Source: Candidatus Woesebacteria bacterium (lineage in GTDB: Bacteria > Patescibacteriota > Microgenomatia > UBA1400 > UBA12108). Taken from it: DNA of 64,000 bases. Position 1 is the stretch's first letter; each line of letters begins with the position of its first letter. The DNA lies in contig JAGOVG010000005.1 in the NCBI GenBank assembly GCA_018060845.1, positions 2,530 to 66,529 of the forward strand, read 5' to 3'. This document shows, one piece after another, positions 54,763 to 63,837 of the stretch. The notes beneath the pieces are model-generated. The model saw nothing but the letters and a program-made list of their open reading frames with translations. It was not told the DNA's origin and ran no database searches. Made by a program: the position numbers and the translations under genes.

Positions 54763-55905
54763 CTATTGACCTGTAGTAATGAACTTAAGAGTCTTCTCTG
54801 CGACACTCTTCCAGCTAAATTGTCGCACCCGGCTTAACCCGCTCTTAATTAATGTATTCTGCTGTTTTGAATCACCGATTAGGTTAATGATCGCTTGCGA
54901 GAGAAGACTAGCGAATTTAGTAGCAGATGACCCCAGAGGGACCACAACCCCAGCCTCCCCCACCACCTCTGGTAGTGCTCCACCACTACTGACTATCACG
55001 GGCACCCGATTAGCCATCGCTTCAAGCACTGGCAAGCCAAAACCCTCAGTCCAGCTAGGTTGTACATAGATGCTCGCTCCCAGATATAACACCCGTAGTA
55101 TTTCTGAGCTCACTCGACCAGTAAAGATAACCGAGTCGGGGATCCCGAGGGTCTGAGGGAGAGCTAGATCACTCTCCGCATCCCAGCCTATCCCGCCTGC
55201 TATTACTAGCTGGTAATCTGGATAAGCCTGTCTAACTTTGGCAAATGCAGTAATTAATGCACCGATATTCTTCCTCGGCTGCACTGTCCCCACAAACAAA
55301 ATATACTTTTTCTGAGTGATACCCAACTTCTGATAGATCTGAATCTCTGGTTTTCTGTCATTCCGAGTTTTCTGATTGTCCGAAAAACTCGCCCCTTCGT
55401 ATATCACACTAATCTTTTCTGTATCAATACCAGTCTCAGCAACCAAATCTCGCTTTGTACTCTCCGACACGCAAATCAGTCGATCAGCCGCTCGGGCTGC
55501 ATAAAATGTCGAAAGAGGCAGATACCATCGCTGCAACATGTTGTTGTACTCACGTAGATATTTGTACTCCAATCCATGGATAGTCACCACAGTTTTTAAC
55601 TTATTGTTCCGCAATACTGGTAGTGTATGTGCAGGTATCCAGAGGACATCAAGTTTTGACCCCCATGTTGCTAGAGCTAACCCTACTTGGGTCCAGAGAA
55701 CGGGCCATTTGATAGTTTTGACGATTACATTGCTATATCCATCCAATTCTATTGGTAATTTTGCATTTGGACGGATAAAGAGCACAAAAGTATGCTTTTT
55801 TGAAGTTATCAGTCTAAGCATGTGAGTGATAATCTCGTACGAATAGTTCTCGGTCCCTGTCCGATCGGCTACAAACGCTCTCGAGGCATCAATTCCAATA
55901 ACCAT
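54763..55905 (-). CDS. Glycosyltransferase family 4 (GT-B)
   Basis: EGFGLPVLEAMANRVPVIVS C-terminal GT4 motif. Confidence 0.75.
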   Translation of the reverse strand: MVIGIDASRAFVADRTGTENYSYEIITHMLRLITSKKHTFVLFIRPNAKLPIELDGYSNVIVKTIKWPVLWTQVGLALATWGSKLDVLWIPAHTLPVLRNNKLKTVVTIHGLEYKYLREYNNMLQRWYLPLSTFYAARAADRLICVSESTKRDLVAETGIDTEKISVIYEGASFSDNQKTRNDRKPEIQIYQKLGITQKKYILFVGTVQPRKNIGALITAFAKVRQAYPDYQLVIAGGIGWDAESDLALPQTLGIPDSVIFTGRVSSEILRVLYLGASIYVQPSWTEGFGLPVLEAMANRVPVIVSSGGALPEVVGEAGVVVPLGSSATKFASLLSQAIINLIGDSKQQNTLIKSGLSRVRQFSWKSVAEKTLKFITTGQ

Positions 55906-55986
55906 ATCAGAATATTACCATATATGATCAAAATAACGTCCAAAAAGATGTGTCTCATGCAACATACTTGCGAACTAAAGGGTGCA

Positions 55987-56089
55987 GGAGTATTTTGTAA
56001 AGAAAAATTTTGCGCAGGTCGGGTAGACCGAGCTAGAGGTCGCTACGCCATCAGGCGGAGACAGACCGCTTTTTCTGACAAAATACTCC
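55987..56089. repeat. Family R1 structured repeat, copy 4. Outer stem ggagtattttgt/acaaaatactcc (12 bp). Inner hairpin ctacgcc-atca-ggcggag.
   Basis: Alignment. Lies immediately downstream of the mreB paralog-2 stop. Confidence 0.7.
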
Positions 56090-56108
56090 GAACCACCGAG
56101 TGAGCTGA

Positions 56109-57107
56109 TTACTTAAGTGCCCGCCGATACATCTCAATATTCTCAACCGCCCTCCCCGTCCCCTTGACCACACAGAGCATTGGCTCCTCGGCCACATACG
56201 CTGGTACTCCTACTTCGCGAGTCAGGAGTGTATCCAGATTTCTCAAGGTTGAGGTCCCACCACTCATCACAATCCCTCGGTCAATGATGTCACTCGAGAG
56301 CTCGGGTGGAGTCTCCTCAAGGACCGCCTTAACTACTCCTACGATTTGTGACAATGGTCTCGCTAGAGCTGTAGTCACATCACTCGAAGTGATAGTAATC
56401 GTCTGTGGGAGACCTGACACCGAGTCACGCCCCTTAACTTCCATACTCTCTTCTTTGGGGAGCTTGGTAGCTGAGCCTATCTTGAGCTTGATCATCTCTG
56501 CAGTTTGGTCGCCAATTATCAAAGAATGGCTCCTTCGAATATAATCCGCAATCGCCTCATCAAGTTTGTTCCCGCCGACTCGCGCACTTTTGTGCACTAC
56601 TACTCCGCCCAGTGCTATGACCGCCGCCTCTGCCGCTCCACCACCAATATCTAGGATCATATGTCCCGCTGCCTCGGCGATCGGCATGCCGGCACCTATG
56701 GCTGCTGCTAGAGGTTCGTCAATCAGATAAGCTTCTTTAGCCCCTGCCGAGAGTGTGGCATCCAATGCGGCTCTCCTCTCTACCTGAGTACAGCCTGCCG
56801 GGACACAAATCATTACCTCTGGTTTAAACCACGAGCGCGCGCCTAAGGAGCGAGATATAAAGAAACGCAGCATCGCCTCAGTGACCGCATAATCAGCGAT
56901 CACACCGTCCTTCATTGGGCGGCTGGCTATGATATTGCCAGGTGTACGACCTAGCATTATCTTTGCTTCGTTCCCGACTGCAACTACCTTTTGATCCATC
57001 ACCGAGACCGCAACAACTGTGGGCTCATTTAGCACTATCCCCTCACCCGCTACCCAGACTAATGAGTTAGCTGTCCCTAGATCTATGCCGAGTCGTTTTG
57101 CAAACAT
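56109..57107 (-). CDS. mreB: Rod-shape-determining protein MreB (paralog 2)
   Basis: GIDLGTANSLVWV, DIGGGAAE. 332 aa. Confidence 0.85.
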   Translation of the reverse strand: MFAKRLGIDLGTANSLVWVAGEGIVLNEPTVVAVSVMDQKVVAVGNEAKIMLGRTPGNIIASRPMKDGVIADYAVTEAMLRFFISRSLGARSWFKPEVMICVPAGCTQVERRAALDATLSAGAKEAYLIDEPLAAAIGAGMPIAEAAGHMILDIGGGAAEAAVIALGGVVVHKSARVGGNKLDEAIADYIRRSHSLIIGDQTAEMIKLKIGSATKLPKEESMEVKGRDSVSGLPQTITITSSDVTTALARPLSQIVGVVKAVLEETPPELSSDIIDRGIVMSGGTSTLRNLDTLLTREVGVPAYVAEEPMLCVVKGTGRAVENIEMYRRALK

Positions 57108-57309
57108 GGCTCTATTCTAGCATGTTGGTGACCATGCCTGATAATTAATATTTTTCACGGCCTAATGCCTGTCTATTGCTTATTTACCGCAGCATGTGTT
57201 ATTTACCGCGTTACAGGTATTATAACTGCGGTAATAATTCGTCCTTGACACCTCTAATAGTAGTATCTACACTACATATATCACTTAATAAACTTGGACA
57301 TCCCAGATC

Positions 57310-58221
57310 ATGACCAACTTTGAGACAACATCCTACACTATCTCCGAAACCGCCGAAAAGCTAGACCTCTCCGAAAAAACTCTGCGAAGGTGGGAAGAAG
57401 CCGGGCGCTTTGCCCCATCACGCACGGTTGGTAATCAGCGTCGTTATACTGTCGAAGACCTCCAAATACTGGACGCTATCAAACACAACATCATCCCCCA
57501 TCAAAAAGATTTATTAAATATAACAGCGGCCGCCCAGTTTTTGGATGTGACCGAACCCACGATAGAGCGCTTAGTTAGCGAGGGCTCTCTCCACCCCTTT
57601 ATCACTGTCACTGGCAGATACTACCCACGCCATCGCCTACTCCCATTCCTCGGAAACCTCAAAGGTGAGTCCCCTATCCCACCCACTATCCCCAGCCTAA
57701 CTCCAACCACAGACCCAGTTCCCGAGCCAGTTAAACAGTTCGTAACTCCACCACTTCCCCCTCAGTCAACTGTAGTCCCACTTTCAAAGAATAATACTCA
57801 ATCCCACCCTTCTTACACTATATATAGTATGCAGGTGGTCATTACTGTCGCCCTCCTCACCGTCTACCATCTCCTCTTCCGTGCTCCCATTACCCCAACT
57901 AGCCCCACTCCAGTTCCTGGCAGTGTCCAGGGTGCGGCAACCAATCCCAGTCTCCTCCTACTCGACGACATGCTAGATAGCACAACTGGTGGTCTAACTG
58001 CCACAACCATTACCTCCAAGCTAGGTACCATCACCCCAAACCTCACCCTGCTGCCCGGGATCTCCCCCACCTCGCCGTTCCCAGGTAGTCTCTACTATGA
58101 TGCGAGTGAAAATGTCCTAAAAATCTACACCACTAACGGCTGGCAAGCAATCACAACTTCTGCCGAACTAAACGCACTTAAATTTGATCTGGAATCAAAG
58201 GTTGCAACTACAAGTAACTAG
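57310..58221 (+). CDS. Membrane protein with two tandem N-terminal MerR/excisionase-type HTH domains, a Pro-rich linker, one TM helix and an extracytoplasmic C-terminal domain
   Basis: Two LxxKTLRRWEExG / LDVTEPTIERLVSEG HTH repeats. TM VVITVALLTVYHLLF. Confidence 0.45.
   Translation: MTNFETTSYTISETAEKLDLSEKTLRRWEEAGRFAPSRTVGNQRRYTVEDLQILDAIKHNIIPHQKDLLNITAAAQFLDVTEPTIERLVSEGSLHPFITVTGRYYPRHRLLPFLGNLKGESPIPPTIPSLTPTTDPVPEPVKQFVTPPLPPQSTVVPLSKNNTQSHPSYTIYSMQVVITVALLTVYHLLFRAPITPTSPTPVPGSVQGAATNPSLLLLDDMLDSTTGGLTATTITSKLGTITPNLTLLPGISPTSPFPGSLYYDASENVLKIYTTNGWQAITTSAELNALKFDLESKVATTSN
58160..58221 (+). repeat. 3'-terminal coding segment of gene 57310..58221 (…AELNALKFDLESKVATTSN*). A diverged copy is duplicated at 59580..59641.
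   Basis: ~60-nt similarity. The differences are mostly synonymous. Confidence 0.6.
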
Positions 58222-58261
58222 CCCATTGACACCCTATAGCATAAGTGTAGAATACACATCT

Positions 58262-59566
58262 GTTATGTCTCAAGTAGCAGAAACAGGGGTAAGCAAAGCC
58301 ATTAGAAGCGCAGGCGACCTGTTTTGGAGCGTACCATCCTCGATCGCCACTTACTATGCGCTAGGTGTCAGCATGCTGACCGAAATTACCCAGGTAGCTA
58401 CCACACAAAGAACATCACAGCTCAGCCCTGCTTCTGATTTTTATACGACAGAGTATATAGAGGTCCTCCAAGATAGCTATGAGCCTTACAGGATACTAGA
58501 GAATGTTATTCCACAATCAGACAACTATTTCACACCAGGCGAACTAGGATTCATCCTCGCTGGCATGCACCTATTCTCTCGCAATCTAAATTTTGACGAC
58601 CCAAGTGGATTTACTAATCCATTATCAAGACTCTCTGCAAATCTAGAGGAAAAACAGGCTAAGCTCTCTAGCATTTTTGACAATGCACTAGAAAATCACC
58701 CGTTTATCAGAGCTACCCTACACCAGCTCTCGCGGTCACTAGAATACTCTACGGTCATACTAGACCCACTACTCCCATCAGCTGCCAAGTTATTAGTGCT
58801 GGGTATCGCAACGGAGGCATATATCGACAACCCAGCTATCTACAGCGCACTGCTACTAGTGTCTACTGTCGGAACCATTATCACTATCAACGATATTATC
58901 AGGATTACAGGCAAATCATTAGATGCTCTCCAAAAATTCGGTTTCCAAATAACCGCTGATGAGCCAATTACAAATAGTAGCACATCTACCATAAATATGG
59001 CCAAGAGTTCCTCAAAACCGGGATCTAATAGAACAAAATCCGCTCAATCGGCGAGCCATTATGCGCCAATTATGAGTGCTCACCCTGACGCAAGTTCACT
59101 GGGCGGACTAGGTATTGATCCAAATCAGGCCTTATTACACCAGATGTCTCCAAAAGGCAACAGAAAATCAGTCGATGTGGGTTCCTTTAGTATTGTTGTG
59201 GAATCTGAGGTCGATACTCATTTGGGGTTGGTTGGACCACAATCAGAATCTGCGGCACGCAATCTAGCCGCTGAGCTCAGAAGTAAAGGTGTAAAAGTTG
59301 CCGTAGTAGATACAGATAATTCCATTGGCAGATTAGGATCTAAGACTGAAGGTGGCGCTGTAGTTATTGCTTTCACTAGAAATCCTAGTCCAGTCGAACC
59401 TAGCAATGAACACTATGATCGAGAAAAACCTCAATTAGGTGCTACTGTTATTACTTTCAAAGCCGTAGACGATACAACCATTGTAGCGAACGATATCCTA
59501 ACAGGTAAACCGTTCACTGGAATTATTGGCAAGAAGAAACCTCCATCGCCAAAACTTCTAAAATAG
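58262..59566 (+). CDS. Hypothetical protein (start at MSQVAETG), flanked by the duplicated 3' tail of the upstream gene
   Basis: ORF in a different frame from the upstream gene. Confidence 0.4.
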   Translation, partial: VMSQVAETGVSKAIRSAGDLFWSVPSSIATYYALGVSMLTEITQVATTQRTSQLSPASDFYTTEYIEVLQDSYEPYRILENVIPQSDNYFTPGELGFILAGMHLFSRNLNFDDPSGFTNPLSRLSANLEEKQAKLSSIFDNALENHPFIRATLHQLSRSLEYSTVILDPLLPSAAKLLVLGIATEAYIDNPAIYSALLLVSTVGTIITINDIIRITGKSLDALQKFGFQITADEPITNSSTSTINMAKSSSKPGSNRTKSAQSASHYAPIMSAHPDASSLGGLGIDPNQALLHQMSPKGNRKSVDVGSFSIVVESEVDTHLGLVGPQSESAARNLAAELRSKGVKVAVVDTDNSIGRLGSKTEGGAVVIAFTRNPSPVEPSNEHYDREKPQLGATVITFKAVDDTTIVANDILTGKPFTGIIGKKKPPSPKLLK

Positions 59567-59579
59567 CCAAATATAGCCA

Positions 59580-59641
59580 CTAGAACTAAATGCACTCAAA
59601 TTTGATCTGGAATCAAAGGTTGCTACAAATACTAGCAACTA
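59580..59641 (+). repeat. Orphan second copy of the upstream gene's C-terminal tail (encodes ELNALKFDLESKVATNTSN*)
   Basis: Alignment to 58160..58221. Confidence 0.6.
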
Positions 59642-59931
59642 ACTAATTACCCTCTTTTGTGTGTCCCGGGCCATACTTAATCTCTCCGCCATTCGCAATA
59701 AGAGTCCTAGACCCTATCGTTCCTTCGGGACTAATTTTAGGCGCGAATATTTCACAAAGAAAATTCGGTAATCCCAAAAACACTAAAGTTTTGTAAATCC
59801 ACATACTTTCTGGTTCAACTGCATTTGTCATGATTATCCTTTAGCAAAAGAATTATATATTTGTGCGTACCATTTACACACAAAAAGCTATTTTACACCT
59901 CTCTCACAACTTGTCAACAACATTGCAAAAT

Positions 59932-60387
59932 CTATTTAAACAACTCAGCCTTACCCTTTACTGCCTTATCAATCGCATCTAACATACTCCCCGAGTCTCT
60001 GGGAGATTGCCAGATCACATTGCTAATGGCTCCAGCCAATTCTTGAATATTTCCTGCACGCACATGGCGGTAATTTTTCAATACTATCTTACTAGCGAGA
60101 GTGTCAGCGTCTTTCTTAACAGTTTCAAATACCTTTTTGTACTCACCCTCAGATCTTACTAAGAGATGTACCGCGTTAGCACTAGACAGATATAATAATA
60201 AGAGAGCATTTTCATCATGGTTCAGATTAAAACCATCTGTATCAGCCACCATCATTAAGATTGTTGAGATGTTGCCAACCCAACCAAACGCGTCTACTTC
60301 ATCTGTAGGTATACTCCTAACCGAATCAACGTATGCCTGCCCTAAGACAGTTGCTAGCGCCAACACACCCTCAATATTTATGCTCAT
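59932..60387 (-). CDS. Hypothetical protein (151 aa)
   Basis: ORF only. Confidence 0.3.
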   Translation of the reverse strand: MSINIEGVLALATVLGQAYVDSVRSIPTDEVDAFGWVGNISTILMMVADTDGFNLNHDENALLLLYLSSANAVHLLVRSEGEYKKVFETVKKDADTLASKIVLKNYRHVRAGNIQELAGAISNVIWQSPRDSGSMLDAIDKAVKGKAELFK

Positions 60388-60479
60388 TTTGTATCATTCT
60401 CCATATTGACATAGTATAAGAGAGGTGTATTATATCCTATATTATTAGTAAATACACATTAAATATATAAGGATAAAAT

Positions 60480-61052
60480 ATGTACTTCGCACCCGCTGTA
60501 AAAGAACAAGCAAGCTATCACGAAATAAATACATCAGATCAGAGCGTAGATTCATTCGCTAGTGTTGCACTACTGCTTCCCTTGTTTAACGAGAGGCTCA
60601 AAAATTTTGATCTAAATGATGTTTTAACATGGGCTGCAGGTATTACAACAGGATTAATAGTTATTTATCTAGCATCAGCGGTCAAAGAAAATAACGAAGA
60701 ACCTAGGCGTAAAGGCCAAAGTCTAGATGAATTTTCCTTAGATACAATGGAGCCAGGAAAAAGAAGGCATAGCATGGAAACCAAACTTAACACAAAACTT
60801 AAAAATAATGCAGATCAATTAACGGACAGTGAAAAAGAATACATAGCTAACTTAAGACCTGATCAAATATCAAAACATCTGAAACATCTCATATCCCACG
60901 CAGTCGAACTCGAAAGCATAATGAGGTCTAATGATATTCACAATGGATTCAACCCAAATATGGACTCACGCAGAAATCAAGCATTCAATAATTATAGAGG
61001 CACAACGACCCAAATCAAAAAGGCTATCCAGCCATCACGCTTTAAGAAATAA
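60480..61052 (+). CDS. Hypothetical protein with one TM helix
   Basis: ORF only. Confidence 0.3.
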   Translation: MYFAPAVKEQASYHEINTSDQSVDSFASVALLLPLFNERLKNFDLNDVLTWAAGITTGLIVIYLASAVKENNEEPRRKGQSLDEFSLDTMEPGKRRHSMETKLNTKLKNNADQLTDSEKEYIANLRPDQISKHLKHLISHAVELESIMRSNDIHNGFNPNMDSRRNQAFNNYRGTTTQIKKAIQPSRFKK

Positions 61053-61107
61053 TAGACAGAGTACTATTATGTTACTTTAGTTCTCTACTTAAGCTATAAT
61101 TGTAAGG

Positions 61108-62520
61108 ATGAAAAAGCACGACCACATCTACCGCCCCCTCGTCTTCTTTGCGACCATCCTCTTTGTCCTCGTCGGCACCTACTTTGTCATCCGCTACGCC
61201 AAGGGTGATCGCCTAGGCCAGACTGGCGTCGTCAAAGGGACCGGCCTCCTCTCTGCCAACAGCTTCCCGACCAGTGCTCAGGTCTATATCGACGGCAGGT
61301 TAACCACAGCTACCGACAATACCCTCAACCTCGATCCAGGTACCTACAAAATCGAGATCAAAAAAGACGGCTACCACACCTGGTCAAAGAGTGTCGCTAT
61401 AGCTGCTGAGTTAGTAACCCCCACTAACGCCCAGCTCTTTCCCACTAGCCCGACCTTGGAGCCACTGACTTATACTGGCGCCGAGAACCCGACCCCCAGC
61501 GCCGATGGTAACGCTCTAGCTTTTACTGTTGCCTCCGCTTCTGCTAGCACCAAAAACGGACTATATGTCCAGGATCTCAGTAGCAGCCCAATCAGCCTCA
61601 ACAAAAATGCGCGTCAGATCGCCCAGAATACGAGCGAGCACAACTATAGCCGCTCAAAGTTTGTCTTCTCGCCCAACAGCAGCGAGATCTTGGTCTCCTT
61701 TGATTCTGGTGCACACCTCCTCCTTGATGCTAGTCGCTTTAACAACCCTCAGGATCTCCAGGATGTGACCTGGAACCTCAGCTCTATCCTCAATGATTGG
61801 GAACTAGAGATGGCGCGCACCGAGCGAGTGAGGCTACTCGAGCTCCCTATCTTCTTTCAGGAGATCGCAACCGAGAGCGGCAAGCTAACTAACCTCTACT
61901 TCTCCCCCGACGGCAAAAAGCTCCTCTACCAGGCGCTCCAAGAGATCGAGATCCCAATCGGGTTGATCCCTCCACTACCTGCCACAAGTAGTCAGGTAGA
62001 GTCCAGGAAAATCTCTCCCGGTAACTGGTATATTTATGACATTGTCGAAGACAAAAACTTTGCCATTGCCAGTGGAACTATTGCAACACCGAGTCCAACC
62101 CCAACCCCCAAAAATAACAAAAAAATAACTACTCCTCAGACACCTGTCGCCGCGATCTCCAAACTCATGTTGCTAGACAATCTCTCCCCAATCCCCGCCG
62201 AGACTACTAGTAGTCCCAGTGCCTACCGCAAGCTCCAGGACAATGTATCTCGCGAAACTACACTCGCCCTCATCTCCGCCCAATACTCCTCGATCTACAT
62301 CGACTCTGTCCAGTGGTATCCTGACTCCGCTCACCTCATCCTCCACTCAGATAACAAAATCGAGATCGTCGAATATGACGCCACCAACAAAGTAACACTC
62401 TACGATGGACCCTTTGATAGTAGTATCGTCTACCCTTGGCCAGACGGAAGTAAAATAATTACAAGAATTGGTTTTTCAGAAGGGACCGTGCCTAATTTAT
62501 ATACAATTAAACTAAAATAG
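61108..62520 (+). CDS. Membrane-anchored PEGA-domain protein with a probable beta-propeller (TolB-like) C-terminal region
   Basis: N-terminal TM. PEGA-like segment (VYIDGRLTTATDNTLNLDPGTYKIEIKKDGYHTW). Confidence 0.5.
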   Translation: MKKHDHIYRPLVFFATILFVLVGTYFVIRYAKGDRLGQTGVVKGTGLLSANSFPTSAQVYIDGRLTTATDNTLNLDPGTYKIEIKKDGYHTWSKSVAIAAELVTPTNAQLFPTSPTLEPLTYTGAENPTPSADGNALAFTVASASASTKNGLYVQDLSSSPISLNKNARQIAQNTSEHNYSRSKFVFSPNSSEILVSFDSGAHLLLDASRFNNPQDLQDVTWNLSSILNDWELEMARTERVRLLELPIFFQEIATESGKLTNLYFSPDGKKLLYQALQEIEIPIGLIPPLPATSSQVESRKISPGNWYIYDIVEDKNFAIASGTIATPSPTPTPKNNKKITTPQTPVAAISKLMLLDNLSPIPAETTSSPSAYRKLQDNVSRETTLALISAQYSSIYIDSVQWYPDSAHLILHSDNKIEIVEYDATNKVTLYDGPFDSSIVYPWPDGSKIITRIGFSEGTVPNLYTIKLK

Positions 62521-62527
62521 TATCACC

Positions 62528-62562
62528 CCTGCCCGCAATGCTACGCATAGCGTTGCAGGCGG
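62528..62562. repeat. Family R2 small hairpin repeat, copy B (cctgcccgcaatgctacgcatagcgttgcaggcgg). It sits between two copies of the PEGA gene's 3' tail.
   Basis: Alignment. Confidence 0.5.
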
Positions 62563-62570
62563 ACGCATCC

Positions 62571-62620
62571 AGTTCTCCGAAGGCACCATTCCTAATCTGT
62601 ATACTATCAAGTTAAAATAA
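62571..62620 (+). repeat. Diverged duplicate of the PEGA gene's last 16 codons (QFSEGTIPNLYTIKLK*, versus GFSEGTVPNLYTIKLK* at 62472..62520)
   Basis: Peptide near-identity with ~9 synonymous DNA differences. Confidence 0.55.
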
Positions 62621-62642
62621 CCTAACGTCCCGGTAGTTCAAC

Positions 62643-62677
62643 GGATAGCCCAGCTGCTCGCGAGCGGCTGGGTCCTA
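62643..62677. repeat. 35-bp direct repeat DR-left (ggatagcccagctgctcgcgagcggctgggtccta). It contains the near-perfect 22-bp palindrome CCAGCTGCTCGCGAGCGGCTGG and is preceded by a tRNA D-arm-like segment.
   Basis: Identical 35-mer at 63024..63058. Confidence 0.6.
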
Positions 62678-62684
62678 AACCTAT

Positions 62685-62930
62685 ATGTATTACGTCTATA
62701 TCATTCAAGATGAAAAGAACAAGCTATATGTCGGCTACTCATCAAACTTGCGTCAAAGATTCAAAGCACATCTTCTAGGCAGCACGCATACCACTGCAAA
62801 TTTTTTAAAGCCCAGACTAATATACTACGAAGCATACGAATCTGAGCAGCTTGCTAGGGATAGGGAAACAAAACTAAAACAGTATGGCTCAAGTTATACA
62901 GGACTTCTCAAGCGACTTGGGTTAAAATAG
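62685..62930 (+). CDS. Small GIY-YIG nuclease-domain protein (81 aa)
   Basis: YVYIIQDEKNKLYVGYSSNLRQRFKAH is a GIY-YIG motif with the conserved Arg. Confidence 0.6.
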   Translation: MYYVYIIQDEKNKLYVGYSSNLRQRFKAHLLGSTHTTANFLKPRLIYYEAYESEQLARDRETKLKQYGSSYTGLLKRLGLK

Positions 62931-62938
62931 ACTCAATA

Positions 62939-63010
62939 GCTCCCATAGTTTAACGGATAGAACAGAGGTTTCCTAAACCTCTAATCCAAGTTCAATTCTT
63001 GGTGGGGGCA
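62939..63010 (+). tRNA. tRNA-Arg (anticodon CCT)
   Basis: Acceptor gctccca/tgggggc (one G-U). Anticodon stem gaggt/acctc with loop uuCCUaa. T-arm ccaag-TTCAATT-cttgg. Confidence 0.75.
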
Positions 63011-63023
63011 CAATATTTTCAAT

Positions 63024-63058
63024 GGATAGCCCAGCTGCTCGCGAGCGGCTGGGTCCTA
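63024..63058. repeat. 35-bp direct repeat DR-right, identical to 62643..62677. It is followed by a second, related palindromic hairpin (ccagctcttcgcgaagggctgg).
   Basis: Exact repeat. The second hairpin has compensatory C-G to T-A changes. Confidence 0.6.
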
Positions 63059-63103
63059 TCCAGCTCTTCGCGAAGGGCTGGACAATTCCCGGTCGGGACA
63101 CCA

Positions 63104-63361
63104 TTACGCTTTATCTTCTTTGAATTTCAATGCTGTAAATATTGAGACTATGTCAGGAACGTATTCTGGGTTAGCGATAACCTGCTGATTTTCACGACTT
63201 AGATCAAATTCATGACAAAAAACCTTAATAGAGTCAGAAATAGAACCTGCGGTCTCACCATCTAGTCTTTGAATCTCTTTAACCTCTTCAGTAGTCATTG
63301 TAAATCGACCAATATGCCCAGGCTCATCACGAAAGAGCGTTCGACGATCAATTATATTCAT
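63104..63361 (-). CDS. Hypothetical protein (85 aa)
   Basis: ORF only. Confidence 0.3.
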   Translation of the reverse strand: MNIIDRRTLFRDEPGHIGRFTMTTEEVKEIQRLDGETAGSISDSIKVFCHEFDLSRENQQVIANPEYVPDIVSIFTALKFKEDKA

Positions 63362-63363
63362 AT

Positions 63364-63837
63364 TTACTTCCCTCGCTCAAAATCGGAGTAGATCAAGCAC
63401 TCTTCGGCATTTTCGTACTCAAATAGCTCTTTGTCTGTAAAGATTAAGCTGATTTCTTTTTTGGCATTATCTGGCTCGTCAGAAGCGTGGATCAAGTTTT
63501 GGCTCCCGCTCATAGCGTAGTCACCGCGGATACTACCGGCTTCGGCATCATACCCTTTGGTTACGCCCACGATCTTACGTACGGCAGAAACTGCCTCCTG
63601 CCCTTCCCAGACCATAGCTACGATTGGGGTCCAGGTCATAAAGGCTTTTAGATCTTTAAAGAATGATTTGTCTTTGTGGTGAACATACCAGGTATCTAGT
63701 AGCTCGTCAGTCAGCCTCATCATCTTAAGACCAATAAGCTTGAGACCTTTGCGCTCAAACCTCTGCATTATTGCTCCAATGAGCCCACGTTGTAATCCAT
63801 CTGGCTTAACTAGTACGACTGTTCTCTGCATTGACAT
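63364..63837 (-). CDS. ndk: Nucleoside diphosphate kinase
   Basis: RTVVLVKPDG...NLIHASD (NxxHxSD active-site His motif). Confidence 0.85.
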   Translation of the reverse strand: MSMQRTVVLVKPDGLQRGLIGAIMQRFERKGLKLIGLKMMRLTDELLDTWYVHHKDKSFFKDLKAFMTWTPIVAMVWEGQEAVSAVRKIVGVTKGYDAEAGSIRGDYAMSGSQNLIHASDEPDNAKKEISLIFTDKELFEYENAEECLIYSDFERGK

